From contig NC_047018.1 in NCBI RefSeq assembly GCF_902652985.1, positions 50,592,001-50,656,000 of the forward strand: 64,000 nt of DNA. The letters run 5' to 3'. The DNA comes from Pecten maximus (lineage: Eukaryota). How positions within the stretch are numbered: the first letter of the stretch is position 1; the number at the start of each line of letters is the position of its first letter. This document shows positions 1-13,100 of this stretch, one piece after another. The notes below the pieces were generated by a model, which saw only the letters and a program-made list of their open reading frames with translations, was not told the DNA's origin and ran no database searches. A program made the position numbers and the translations under genes.

Positions 1-599
1 AATAAAACAGTAAGTATCAGAGGAAGCCGTCAACATTCAACTCGTGAAGGTGAAGGGAGAACGTCATTGGAGTATAAAGATTTTATTTGTATTTGGGAAA
101 TGAGATGAGTGGTGGAGAGATGGGGAGATAAGGAAGTTGGGATAGCAGATATTAAAATAGTGAAGTACTGATAGGCTGCCACCCAATGTAACACAACGTG
201 AGGTATAAATAAACTTTACAAACAACACACAATAGACTTGTGTTGTGTTACATGGTCGAAGAAACTAATATCATTTACTAAAAAAAAACCAGATTTACGT
301 GTTAACATGCTATTACGTGGATTTTAAAATTAAAAATAAAACTTCACAAATGCATTAGAAAGATAAACACCAATGTTAAGATAATATGTGTGTATGAATT
401 GATTTTTTTTTTGTATTTATATAACTGCTCATTAAGATTCATACCAGAAATCATATATAACTTTTTGTTTCTGCTGGCCCGATGACAATGATTAATGCTA
501 TACCAATATAAATGTATCCATAGTGTATATATCATTGTCATTTCACATTATCGTCTGTTGTATCTTGAAAGGGACTTGTGGATAGGTCCAAGGTATTAT

Positions 600-1015
600 T
601 TATGTGAAGTAAACAAATTTATTGCCAGTGAAATACAAAAATTTATCAAACTAATAAAACTTTTATTTTCACTGCAGCGATGAGCAGTGAAAATATAAGA
701 TTTTGCATTGAAAATATAAGTTTTCCGTTTTTGACCAATCAAAGTTAACCTTTGTATTTACCTCGTTGTAAACTTGTTGGTTTTTCCAGTCGAAGCGGAG
801 ATAGACAAATTGGTATTTTGCTGTATTCCCACACTTTTTGACACTGATATTTTTTCAATGCTTTCATTTTTTTTAAGTATATGAAATGCAATAAAAAGAA
901 AATTGAATGGTTTCCCATTGAATATAACATATATTTCACTCGTATGACAGAATATATCGATATGTTTCGTGAAATATGTTATATTAAACGAGAAACCATT
1001 CAATATCCTCTATGT
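600..1015. mobile_element. Probable non-autonomous DNA element with a terminal palindrome
   Basis: Imperfect hairpin at 902-1005 (ATTGAATGGTTTC..GAAACCATTCAAT) and GTGAAAATATAAG repeats. The left boundary is uncertain. Confidence 0.45.
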
Positions 1016-1213
1016 AGTATATTTACATGATGAATGACATGGCGATCCTAGAAGTGATTAATGTCGGCTTTTACGAAACAACATACTGGAACACTCTTTA
1101 CTGACCTATCCAATCAGGAAGTAAAATAACCTACCTCACATTTAGTAGTATTAACTATAAACATGTACGTTGTTTAGTTTTTACTAGTTTAAGTTTGCAT
1201 ATAAAGTACTTAC

Positions 1214-1292
1214 TTTCAGATCTTACAGTATAAAATATGACGAAGAGGACTTGGATGACATCCCTTCCTAACAATATCTTTCCCGTCGCCAT
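1214..1292 (-). CDS. Signal-peptide first exon, probably of a third paralogue running off the left edge
   Basis: ATG..MATGKILLGRDVIQVLFVIFYTVRSE followed by a phase-1 GTAAGT donor. Homologous to three other copies (3931-4635, 24868-24949, 39017-39078) with a shared upstream flank. Confidence 0.65.
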
Positions 1293-1792
1293 TCTGAGTT
1301 TAATGGCGACTCTCCACATCAACAAGGAAGTGAAATGGACAGTGTTTAAGTTTCATGTTTCCAATATCAAATGACTGTTTTGCACGAGGTGTATTTTATA
1401 ATGACAAAGCATACTTGTGCCAAACTATTGAGTCAATCGCTATTTAGACGGTGTATTTCATTGCAATAAAACCATACAATATATACACACAGAGTTCTGT
1501 TAACACTAGGCGTAAAATAAACTGCCGATATTTAAACCACGACGTTTAAATGTTTAGATTGCAATCTAGCTGGTAATAATTCCTTTTTGAAGGCTATCGG
1601 TTTGACAATGATTTTTATTCCCGCTTTGAGTCGAGTGTTCTTATAAAAATTCCATAATAAAAAACAAGTATTTTGAATTTAACTCTAACGTAAACAACCA
1701 TATTATATCTTTAATTATGAAGCTGTATTGTATTGCCTTAATTGTTCAGGCCTGTCTATTTATGACATTCTGTTCTCTGATCTTTGCTTATA

Positions 1793-2710
1793 CAGTCGAA
1801 CCCACTTAATGTGAAATCGGATATATTGGAATATCGTTTAATTTGAAGTGAAATTAAATCCCCGTCCGAATGCCTTCTTTGTCTTTGTATTGTTTCATCG
1901 GTTATTTTGAAATCGGTTTATTTGAAATATCGCTTTATTTGAAAGGAAATTATTGCCCCCGGCAATGCTAAACCATTGTTTATGTATCGCTTAAATTGAA
2001 AGTCGCCACGACAGGCTTCGATTACCGGTCATTACGGTACGTGCGTCCGATCAAAAGACAGATAAAAATGATATTCTGATTTACACAATACAAATAAATT
2101 GTGACTTTTAATTATTAAATGCGTTTGTTATGTGCATGAATCTTTATGTTTACGAGTATACCTTGAGGGACACAGCTTATTTTGGCTTCTGCTACATGTA
2201 CAGTATACATCGAAATTGACTCTGATTTAACTACACGCGAGACAATTACAAATGACGAGGCCATTATTAAGGATTTGACAGACAATGCTAACAACGTAAC
2301 CAGAACAGTGATATTGACAACAACCCTCAAACAATTCGTGAAAATCCATCTATCACCGACGCACAGGTCCGATTTCAGACGATAGTTTTCGGAAAGTAGC
2401 CCGGATGTACCGGAAACTTGTTCTCATGTGTGTCCGCGAACTCAACATAAACAAAAACAAGCAACAGTCGAAAACGCCTCCCGTCGAATTTAACATTATT
2501 TCTAATAAACCGTGAAACTACTATCATTTTGGAATCGATTGTAAATACTAAGTAAATGTTGATTAACTATATTGAACAATGGTGTGTTGTTTGACGTAAC
2601 GCTGTACTGAAATATGTCGGCAAAAGGCTGGATCCCGGTTATATTGAAAACCGGTTAATTTGAAGTATTTTGCCATTCCCCAAGCATTTCAATATAGCCG
2701 GGTTCGACTG
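1793..2710. mobile_element. pogo/Tigger-like (Tc1-mariner superfamily) non-autonomous element
   Basis: TIRs CAGTCGAACCC...GGGTTCGACTG flanked by TA on both sides; subterminal TTGAAAT-type repeats; internal acidic peptide remnant YIEIDSDLTTRETITNDEAII. Confidence 0.85.
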
Positions 2711-2919
2711 TATATGTTTAATGTGCATTCGGATTGTACCAGTATCTTATATAATATCTAACTGTATACGGTCCTACTGTTCTCTGACTTTATAGGGCCG
2801 TGTACCCAATGACTGGTCTAATTTGGTTAGTTTATAACGACAAAGTGATACTCTAAAGTAAACCAAACAAGCGGCTTTTGCAAAATGGACAAAATTTATT
2901 AGGGTTAGGGTTAGTGTGA

Positions 2920-3258
2920 AAGAGTTTGTCATTGCCATGGCTGCCAATTACTATTGTGACTTTAAATTGATTGAGCATCCGCCTTATTCGCCTGATCGCG
3001 CTCCATCAGACTTTCAATTATTTCCAAAACTGAAAACAGCTATTTCTGGTTCTCTTACCATAACCCTAACATGCAGTGGATTACTTTCTGAAAAGCCAAG
3101 AAAAAAGAAATCTATAAAAGTGGCATCGAGGCCCTTAAACACCGTTGGCAAAAGGTGTATAGATACTGAAGGGGATTATGTCGAACAATTATACAATATG
3201 TCCGGCAAAATTAAAACCCTTCAATACGAGGCTCACAAATTATCAATTAGCCTTCGTA
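2920..3258 (+). mobile_element. Mariner transposase C-terminal fragment with right TIR
   Basis: HPPYSPDRAPSDFQLFPKLK matches the mariner YSPDLAPxD motif; the fragment ends ..AATTAGCCTTCG/TA. Confidence 0.85.
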
Positions 3259-3930
3259 TATTTCATTGTGTATTTTATCAGAAAGTCTGTGTTGAATAAT
3301 TAGAGTTATCTTCAAAAAACTATGTGTAGAACGTGCTAGGTTTGATCAATATATAGTCATATCAAGTCAAATGATATATGAATTACCGTATATACTGTCA
3401 AAGAGAATATAGGAAGGCTTTGTAGTACATATGAACTCCGTCACCTGAACCTTGTAGATTACCTTGATGAGTCTGGAAGTCCTTCGTCCTATGTAAAAGT
3501 GATGAGACTTTAGGGGGCAAGATAACCTAAATAATCCACTACCTTTACAGTGTTTTACATATGAAAACCATTGAAACAGACTGGAACTAACAACAAACGC
3601 GTCGTGCGACTTTAAGAAAAGACCATGTCATAACACGGTTACGGGGGATAAATAAACTTTTAGCAAAAGAGAAAAACGATAACTCATTAATTAAGTAGAA
3701 TATATCAATTTATATGTGAAATGTGTTATAGAATCGAGTAAGTTGGAGTTTTATTATTGTGTATGTTCTTAGGTAACCTATTTTATATATTTTTGTTTAT
3801 ATACGAATGTTTTTGTTTATATTTTCTTCTTTCTCTTGTCAGGAAAGTGTATAATTATCTACATGGACATACTATAGACAGCCCTCTCCTAATTGTAGCT
3901 TACATGTATATATTACTCGTAAGAACTTAC

Positions 3931-4635
3931 TTTCAGATGAAGCTATATTAAATATGATTCTACCATGTTTGCTATGTAACGCCAGTTTTGATTGGTTTAA
4001 AACCATGTATTATTTTCCAATAACCCACGCTCGTGCCAATAATACACGGTCGTGAGTCACGGCTGTTACAATTTTATATATCTAATATTCACCTGTTATA
4101 CAAAAGGTTACTATAGCCGAGTGGGCTAATGGGTTAGTCTTTCAATAATATTTTATCAAGAAGCGAGTTCGAATCCTACGGAGGCCCCTTTTTTTCTTTT
4201 TTTTTATCCTTTTTTTTTTTTTTTAATTTTCAAAATCAATGCCATATGATAGATGCTCTTATCGTAGTACTGTATTGCCTGTATATTTCATCAACAAATA
4301 ATGCAATACTCAAGAAATAAATTACAAGGTTTTCTAGGGGTTTCTTTGCTGTTTTTCTATTAGAAAGAGGTCGATCTCAGAACTAAACAGTACATGGTAG
4401 AATAGAAATAATCAACTTTGACTCGTGTATTGTTGCAGGATATACAACTCGGACTCGGATATTTTGCAATTTTAATTTAAAAACTCAGGCCTGCGGCCTT
4501 CATTATTAATTTAATTGCAAAATATCCTCGTCCTCGTTGTATATCCTGCAACAATACACAAATCATCGTTAATTATTTCTTAAAGAACAGGACCATGATC
4601 ACACCTTTTCTTAACAATATATTCCTCGTCGCCAT
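3931..4635 (-). pseudogene. Signal-peptide exon split by a 626-bp insertion
   Basis: Joining 4581-4635 to 3931-3954 restores 79 nt encoding MATRNILLRKGVIMVLFFIFNIASSE with a GTAAGT donor. Confidence 0.75.
3955..4580. mobile_element. Non-autonomous DNA element with a terminal long palindrome (Crypton-like architecture)
   Basis: Inserted in the signal exon with no TSD; 12-bp inverted repeat at 3957-3968 and 4392-4403; ~177-bp imperfect palindrome at 4404-4580. Confidence 0.65.
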
Positions 4636-5827
4636 TTCTGAGTTTATGACTCCACATTAACAAGGAAGTAACACGGAAATTGTTAAAGGATTAAGATCAA
4701 ATAGAGGTTTGGACAAGTTGTATTTTGTTATGACTATACAACCACGTCTGAAAGAGCTATTTAACACAAAACCTTCATGTATGTGGACCTAATAATACAA
4801 GCTTACAGCGGTAACACGTCTGTTTTCAGCAGGCGTGCTTTAAAAATGTTTAGCTTGCACTCTAGGTGTTTAATGTCATTACTTGTTATTTATCTTGCTC
4901 TTCAAGTCTGTCGATTTGACAATGATTATATCCCTGCTTTGAAAATACAACACTACTGTTATTATGAAACGTACTAAATCACAAAACGAATATTATTGTG
5001 ACTTATAATATATATCTAACTACATACGCTGATATTAATGTGCGTTCTGATTGTAACATACTATCTAACATCTAACTGTATATAGTGATATTAATTAGCG
5101 TTTAAATTGTACCATTATAATAGCTATTATATCACTGTAGGTGATCACATTTGAGATAGGGTATGTTTGTGACAATAGTTTAATTTTCCCCTCATACATA
5201 TTTTGACACTATCTTATAATCAAGGGAGGCAGCTCCTTATATAGTAGTCTGGTATATCTAAAAGAGAAAGAAATGTTATAATAACATTCTGTGTTTGCCC
5301 ATATGTCATTTGTTAACCAAATTCAGGTAATATACTTTTAAGTGTTTTATTTTCATTGTCATGATCGTAATGACGACAATTGTATGCCATTTAAATGATT
5401 TTACTGTTTTTTTCGTTGATCGTATAATACTAACCTACTTATTTTCAACTTTCAAACAAAATCTTATTTCTCGCGTAATATTCATTTTAAAAGAGAATTT
5501 TACACGTTTTATCATTAATGTACAAATTACTTGAATATATCAAATGAAACGGATATTTATGAGGAAATATTGTAGATAAGTTTACTGCTATTCTAACAGC
5601 CTATTCCATGTTTTCTTAGGGGTATTAGTACGCTTAAATACCAGAATTTCATATTACAACAGGTCTGCAGACCTGTACAGGATGAGGGATAAATGAGAGG
5701 AACCTAATGCATTGATGATGAGCTGCCGGTATCCTTATTGCAGGAAATGCACATCGAAACTTGAATAAAGGAACAGACAATAAAACATTAAGAAATATAA
5801 ATTTTATTAATTGTAATTTACAAGTTA

Positions 5828-6725
5828 ACAAGAGGTCCATGGCCTGAACAGTTACCTACATATTTCAGTTAGCTCTAACCATCAGGTCGAGGGATCAGTC
5901 AGGGTCAAAATGTGTATACTTCGGGATATTTTGGGGTCGCCAAAATTTTGCGTGTTTAGCTCAAAATAGAGTGGTTCAATATTGGTGCATCAGATTTTGG
6001 CGTTTACCATCATGTGTGTTAAATTTTGGCACTTACCTGTAGTTATGTAATTGATGTGTTTGTTCATTATGATACAAAAATATTGTATTTCGTCTCACCT
6101 GGTTGCACAGGTAAACAGTCTTCGCTTGTCCTTGAACACAGCTAATACAACAATCAATATGAAAACGTGAATGAATTGTTTGACATATTTAGCTGAAAAC
6201 ATACCCCTATTGGCCCGTTTTTATCAAAAATAGGAATGGGTATGTAGTAAATAAACGGAAAGACGGTTGCTATAAACCGGATATTGTTCCGACGATCGTT
6301 TTTGCGAAATTTTGGTGTGTCTAATTTTATCTCATTCACCCCAGGCGCCAAATAAACCAAAATATAATCACATCTAAAATATCCCGAAGTACGGTCCATC
6401 AAACTGTTATCCCATTCTGATCATTTCAAACAAGTTTGAAATATTTCCAATGGCATTTTAATAAATGAAGCCCTGTAAACTACAGTATATGTTAGTCCAA
6501 TCCAAGTAGAAAACGTCACTTTTGTCCACTTAGGACCCACAAGGGTGGGGACCATACATTTCCTACATTTGGCTGATCTCTAGTCATGAAAAGTTACTCA
6601 AAATAACAATGTAATATCGTTTCATTGTTTCTTAGAGAAGTTGAAGAGGTAACCTGTTTACGATCTGACGACTCAAGACACATGACGACGGACAAAATGC
6701 TATTAGAATTAGTCACCTGAGACAT
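5828..6725. mobile_element. Degenerate HINE-type element
   Basis: Starts AACAAGAGGTCCATGGCC; ends GACGACGGAC..AGTCACCTGAG. Its right part is paralogous to ~39865-40105. Confidence 0.5.
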
Positions 6726-7005
6726 TTTAAACTAAGAATAACAATATTCTAATAATCCAATAAGCGTTTTAAGGTCAATATTCAGTGCAATTTCCTGTTA
6801 GCCTTTGTATAGAATATTAATTGATTAAATGATTGTCAGTCATCGTGTTAGCATCAGTTCAATTTCAACAATCTTCTATTGCTTTTTAATAGATAAAATG
6901 GTTGACATCAGACAAAGCCTATGTAAATCCTTCCAAATTATTACAACAAAATTAGCATTGACATGTATGCAGTGGTATCCAGTATTACAAGTAAGGGAAG
7001 ATACT

Positions 7006-7269
7006 CTTTGGTTTGGTTTATTTTGTTTAAGTCCTAACAGCAACTACCATTTTTAAAGGCTCTGGTATGTCTCGGCCAGGGGACAGAACCCAAAGTCTAC
7101 TCACAGGGGCGAACGCTCAACTAAAGGCCAAAAGTGAGGCAGTGTCAAGGGAGACGTTAGGAAGAAGAAAGTTGTTAAGAAGAGAAAAGATCCCAAATTT
7201 AGTCGCCTCTTACGATCATGGAATGGGGGCAGCAGGTACAATTATTACGCCCTACCTGCAGAGCAGAGG
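7006..7269 (-). mobile_element. SINE copy with an internal deletion
   Basis: Tail plus head of the same family; AGATACT duplicated on both sides; the paralogous site at ~40380 is empty. Confidence 0.85.
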
Positions 7270-8869
7270 AGATACTATATTCTAATAAAAAAAAATGTAA
7301 AAGAAATTCATTACATCATTGATGTTCCTAACTTCCTACCAATAAAGCAGATTTTCTGGTGAGTTGCCACGTAAATTCTGAGGGCTACATATCCTACAGT
7401 TCTTGTTTGTAAACAATTGATCCAATGGAAAGTCAAGACAATTCGTCTTCAAATCTGCAAATCATGGTATAAATTCAAAGACACCCAGGACAGAACCTTG
7501 TTGGTCTACTGCGTTTACTTCCGATGAAAAAAAAGTCAGTTGATACTCGTTGTTTTTATTCAGAAAGGTAATCTTTCAACCTTTGCAAATCTTTCCCTTT
7601 ATTCCATAGCATCGATTTATAACCCAACTTTGAAAATTAAACTTGATATTAGAATGGAAAAAAAAAATTTCAATGTTGAACACACCGTTATAACAGTTAT
7701 AAGTAATTGATGTTTAGTTTTTTTTTAATATGACAACATGTAATCACGGTTTTGTTCCCTTGGTCTAACATTATGTGAATTAACAAATACATTCTTATAA
7801 CACTGTTTTGACGTATACGAATGGTTGAAAATAAAAAGTAAAGAAAAATTAAAAATCAAATATGACATTCAGCAATTTACAATAAGTCAAATTGATGTAT
7901 ATACATTGTAAATCAATGTAACAAGTATAAGCAGGGTTATCGACATGGAAATATAAAAGTATCGGGAAAACGTAGTTCTTACTCCAGTGGGAGTAGTGAT
8001 ATAAAGTATATTTAGCGCAAGTAGAACATGATTATTGGTAGTGATTTACCTTATAAAGACGGTCACCGTTTATATTTGTATAATAATATATGAGGCAATG
8101 TAACTTGGCTTAAAACCTGTAATGCAGCATCGCTCAGGATAAACTTGATGAAAAGCCGGCCAGCACATTTCGTTTAATTCTGATAAAAAATATACAAGTA
8201 AATTAAATAGAGCTGCAATAAACCTTTATTCTATCTAGAGCAATGTAAAATGTGCTTCAAATTCACCAAAAATTATAGAATGTAAAATAAAAAGTAATGT
8301 GAATAAGATTAAATATCTATTAAAATATAGTGATAGAAACTTCCAACTGAGAGCAGCAAATTACAAACACTGACAAAAGTGATATGTCAAACATCAGTTG
8401 TGTTAATAATTCTATAAAAAATGTTATTGGCTTATGGTTTGATGAGCAATATTTTGTCATCTGATTGAATACATGACTGAGTTAAATGTTTCTCTGTATA
8501 ACTAACAGCACAATAACTTCCTAACAATAGGAGCGGGATGCATGATAATTAATGGATAAAACAATCAGGTTATGTATATGTGAACTTAGATTGGTTGTCG
8601 TCGCATCCTTGACGAAAAATGTTAACCTATAGAAGGATTCAGATATTTACAAGATAAAATGTTACAATCACCAAAGCAAACTAAAGTATATAAATAGTTT
8701 CCTTGGATGATTCAGCATTTTCACTTCATAGTTAAAACTTAATACAGCTGTAACGCATCGCTGTTTACTACGGAAACAATTCCAGAGTATGCATCTTCGG
8801 TAAACTATTAAAGCGAAAGCGGTACATTTAAGAATTTTCCGTAAACTCTGTTTAAAATACATGTTTTCA

Positions 8870-10123
8870 AGTACACGGCGATGGTATCCAGATACTCATT
8901 GATCATTTGATGTACACGTCAGTGGTATCCATGTGATGATTAGTCAGTTCATGTACACGTTAATGGTTTCCAGGTACTCATTAATCTGTACAACTACATG
9001 TCGGTGGTATCAAGGTACTCATTAATCAGTTAATGTACACGTCGGCGGTGTTCAGGTACTCATTAATCAGTTCATGTACACGGCGATGGTATCCATGTAC
9101 TCATTAATCAGTTCATGTACACGTCGGTGGAATCCAGGTGTTCATTAATCAGTTCATGTACACGTCGGTGGTATCCATGTACTCATTAATCAGTTCATGT
9201 ACACGTCGGTGGTATCCAGGTGTTCATTAATCAGTTCATGTACACGTCGGTGGTATCCATGTACTCATTAATCAGTTCATGTACACGTCATTAGTATCCA
9301 GGTACTCATTAATCAGTTCATGTATACGTCGGCGATATCTAGGTACTCATTGATCAGTTCATGTACACGTCAGTGGTATCCAGGTACTCATTAATCAGTT
9401 CATGTATACGTCGGCGATATCTAGGTACTCATTGATCAGTTCATGTACACCTCAGTGGTATCCAGGTTCTCATTAATCAGTTCATGTATAAGTCGGCGAT
9501 ATCTAGGTACTCATTGATCAGTTCACGTACACGTTAGTGGTATCCAGGTATTCATTAATCAGATCAGGTACACGTCAGTGGTATCCAGGTACTCATTAAT
9601 CAGTTCATGTATACGTCGGTTGTATCCAGGTACTCAATGATTAGTTCATCTACATGTCAGTGGTATCCAGGTATTCATTAATCAGTTCATGTACACGTCA
9701 GTGGTATCCATGTATTCATTAATCAGTTCATGTACACGTCGGTGGTATCCAGGTACTCATTGATCAGTTCATGTACACGTTAGTGATATCCAGGTACTCA
9801 TGAATCAGTTCATGTACACGTCGGTGGTATATAGGTATTCATTAATCAGTTCATGTATACGTCGGCGGTATTCAGGTACTCATTAATCAGTTTATGTACA
9901 CGTCGGTGGTATCCAGGTACTCATTGATCAGTTCATGTACACGTTAGCGGTATCCAGGTACTCATGAATCAGTTCATGTACACGTCAGTGGTATCCATGT
10001 TTTTATTAATCAGTTCATGTACATGTCGATGGTATCCAGGTACTCATTAAACTGTTCATGAACACGTCGGTGGTATCCAGGTACTCATTAATCAGTTCAT
10101 GTACACGTCGGTGGTATCCAGGT
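8870..10123. repeat. 41-bp tandem repeat, ~30 copies, beginning in the last exon of gene A
   Basis: Unit TCATTAATCAGTTCATGTACACGTCGGTGGTATCCAGGTAC; period 41 (e.g. 9061 to 9102). Confidence 0.97.
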
Positions 10124-13100
10124 AGTCTTTTATGACGTTGTAGCAGTATTGGTACTGATCCTGCATTTGAAATAATTTCATACTTATCGAAAATGCATAA
10201 GATACACACATTATGATCAGTATAATTGCATAACAAATTAATGGGAAAGGGAAATTACTCTTCCAGACCAGCTAAGCTAAGACTGGAAATTACAAAATAA
10301 GAAAAGATTCATCGTCATCCAGTCAAGAACAAACGCGGATAATATGCCTCAATTGAGTAAACCACCAAGAAAGCAGAGGGGCAAATGCCATAGAAACATT
10401 GATAAATAGAGAATGGAGTTTCCCGGTAAGATAACACTCTTATAATCAGTTTGATAGAAATATTAAACAGGAAGCCAATTCCCAATCCAATCAGGACCGC
10501 CATGAAAGTATCGGTATTATCCACTGAAGTTACGATATCTTTCTTGGAGTAGTGGAAATGTCAATATACGTACAAAATTAATCACAAATGCTGGACGTCG
10601 CACAAGCAGCTGACGTGAAATCTGAAAGATATCTACTTCTTCGTCACTCTTCATTTGGTCTCTGGCATTACTGATACAACAGAATAGCCCACTCTGGGAA
10701 TAGCCATCACTGAAACATCAAAAGAGCATGAATGATATTATCATGATACGCAGAGATTCAAAAGCTTAATGCCTTTCCTCCATATCCTCAACAACCGTCA
10801 ATATCAAGTAGTATTTAATAACGTCTAACAAAAGTATATTATAGATAAATATGAAGGAAAACTACATACCGACACATGACTATTACTGTCTTGGTATCGT
10901 CCGATTTGCGTCTGCTGTCAATTAGTTCCAGTAGGTGAAGCAACATGGACGAATCCTTTGGGACTGATGATTCTCCACCCCATCCAGTCATATGAAACAC
11001 TTTAACAGTGGCATTGAAGCTATTTTCCTAAAAGGAGTCAATTACATTTAGGAAAGACATGTTATTTGCATGCAATGGATAATGTCCATAACGAAAGATT
11101 GCAGACTGCAAAATTATATGTATGATGGATAGGGATTTTCTACTAAGGAGGGGCGGCACAAAATGTTGTTAAAAAACGAAAGTGTCTTTTCCGCAGGCTG
11201 TGCCTTTTCTGACTCCTTCATATCAGAGAAATAAACATGTTCATTTATCAGTATTCATGATAGCATATGTTAAGCCAGAATTTTTGAAATCAGGATTCAA
11301 CAATACATATAAAAACTTCAGACACTGCAAAACATCCATCTTACCGCGTTTTCTATTGCGATTTCTAGCAAAGCGACATTGGCTATTGTTGAAGACTTTC
11401 CTTTGTGTTCCAACGTGAAATTCCCGATGGATTTATCTTCACCTTCCCCTGGAAGCCAGTCCTAAGATAGGTAGAATGCAATATATTCTGATACGGTCAT
11501 ATATCAATATGTGTCTGGCAATACTATACTTCTTGATAACTATTTTACAGAGTTCATTTCCTTTAACAGATGCCAGACAATATTTGTTTTTGTTTCATCA
11601 CGACGAAAATGGAGTATGGCAGGCCCATCTAAAAAACCATGTGTTGCTCCACTGTGACGTCACGAACAAATAATGTCACAGGCTGTAACGTTGATGAAAA
11701 GTCTATACCGTCTATATCGAAATAGATATTAATTTTATGTTACATAGGTACTTTGTAAGATTTTATACGGTTCCAGTTGTAATTTTGTAACGTTGATACC
11801 AATATGAACAGATGAAATTACAGTTTTTCAAATAAACTGCACCTCGAGCTTCTTCATTGCGTAACATTTGTATGGAAACACACTTACAATGTCGTCCGGC
11901 TCGATGATGACAATTGTTTGACAGCTGTGGTCCATTATCATCGTCAAAAGATCCACCACGGTGTCCTCCAGAGGAGTCTGTGTGACGATGTACCCAGTTT
12001 TGGATGTATAGGACTAGGTCAAAGGAAAACGGAATACTTGCTTGCATGTGAATGAAAGGTTGATTACATGTGGGAAGCAATGTAGGAGTGATTACTAGGT
12101 ACGTGTACTGGTTTCATTGGGTAATACTGTCACAGACATTTAGTGAAGTAATCATAAGTAGACCCAACATAAAATCCTTCAGGACTTCAGTATGAAGGAT
12201 GTTAACGTTAAGATTGATTCTTTCACAACATCTCTAAATAATCTCATAGCACATTTTTTTTAATTTGTAACAGCATGGAAATGTACCACTAATTCGCTTA
12301 TCGTTGCGTAATGCATATCTGCCGTTATATCATTGAATGGTGGGGAAAGGTGACCAAGTACAAGATTTGATCTAAAATATCACCCGTAATCCCTTGAACT
12401 GCTCACCTATAAAATCACTTTTTAACAAGCAAGTTCTTTGCCATTCTGATTAACTTACAGACATACATAACACACACATACTAGTTAATCCATTTCAACA
12501 AGGTAAAACAAATGTCACATAATACGCATATTACTTACTGGCACTGACACGGCATTAATGTAGTCCGTTCTACAGTCAGCATATGATCGAAGGTACGCCC
12601 TGAACTTGTCAACTGAACAGAACCAGAGGAAAGCATTAATCACAATACTTCCTTTCCACTAACAATTTCTGATAATTCATATGAAGTTAAGTAGTCGAAT
12701 TTTAATCATACATGGTAGTCTATGACTGGTTGAGTAATGAAGAGGATTTTTTTGTTAAATGCAATTCATCACTACAATTGTTTTATGTTCGATAAAACCG
12801 CAAAGATAAAGTATTATTTTAAATTTGCTGATTTAGGGTAAAACACCAAAACATTGAACTACCGTAAAATACTGTAATTTCATTGATGATTATGCAAGGA
12901 AGGTGTCACTTGACGGGAGACCTTGGTGAGTTGGAATACGTTTGCCAAACGAATAGGCAAGACTAGACCAGGTTTATTGCTTCATGTTGATAGAGCTTTT
13001 ATTGGAAAAAAGGTAAATTTTTACCAGCAACGACTGATAAGGTCCTGTTCTTCATCTTGTTTGATGGCAGTAAGGCGGCTCTGTAGCTTGTCTCATCGTA

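Noticed and set aside
2899-2914. TTAGGG telomeric repeat
   Set aside because: Under three units, at a transposon junction; not evidence of a telomere or fusion.
4106-4190. Functional tRNA gene
   Set aside because: A and B boxes are present but there are no convincing acceptor or anticodon stems, and it lies inside a mobile element.
8870-10123. CRISPR-like regular array (also 41878-43422)
   Set aside because: Units are contiguous with no unique spacers, there are no cas genes, and the context is an intron-containing eukaryotic gene.
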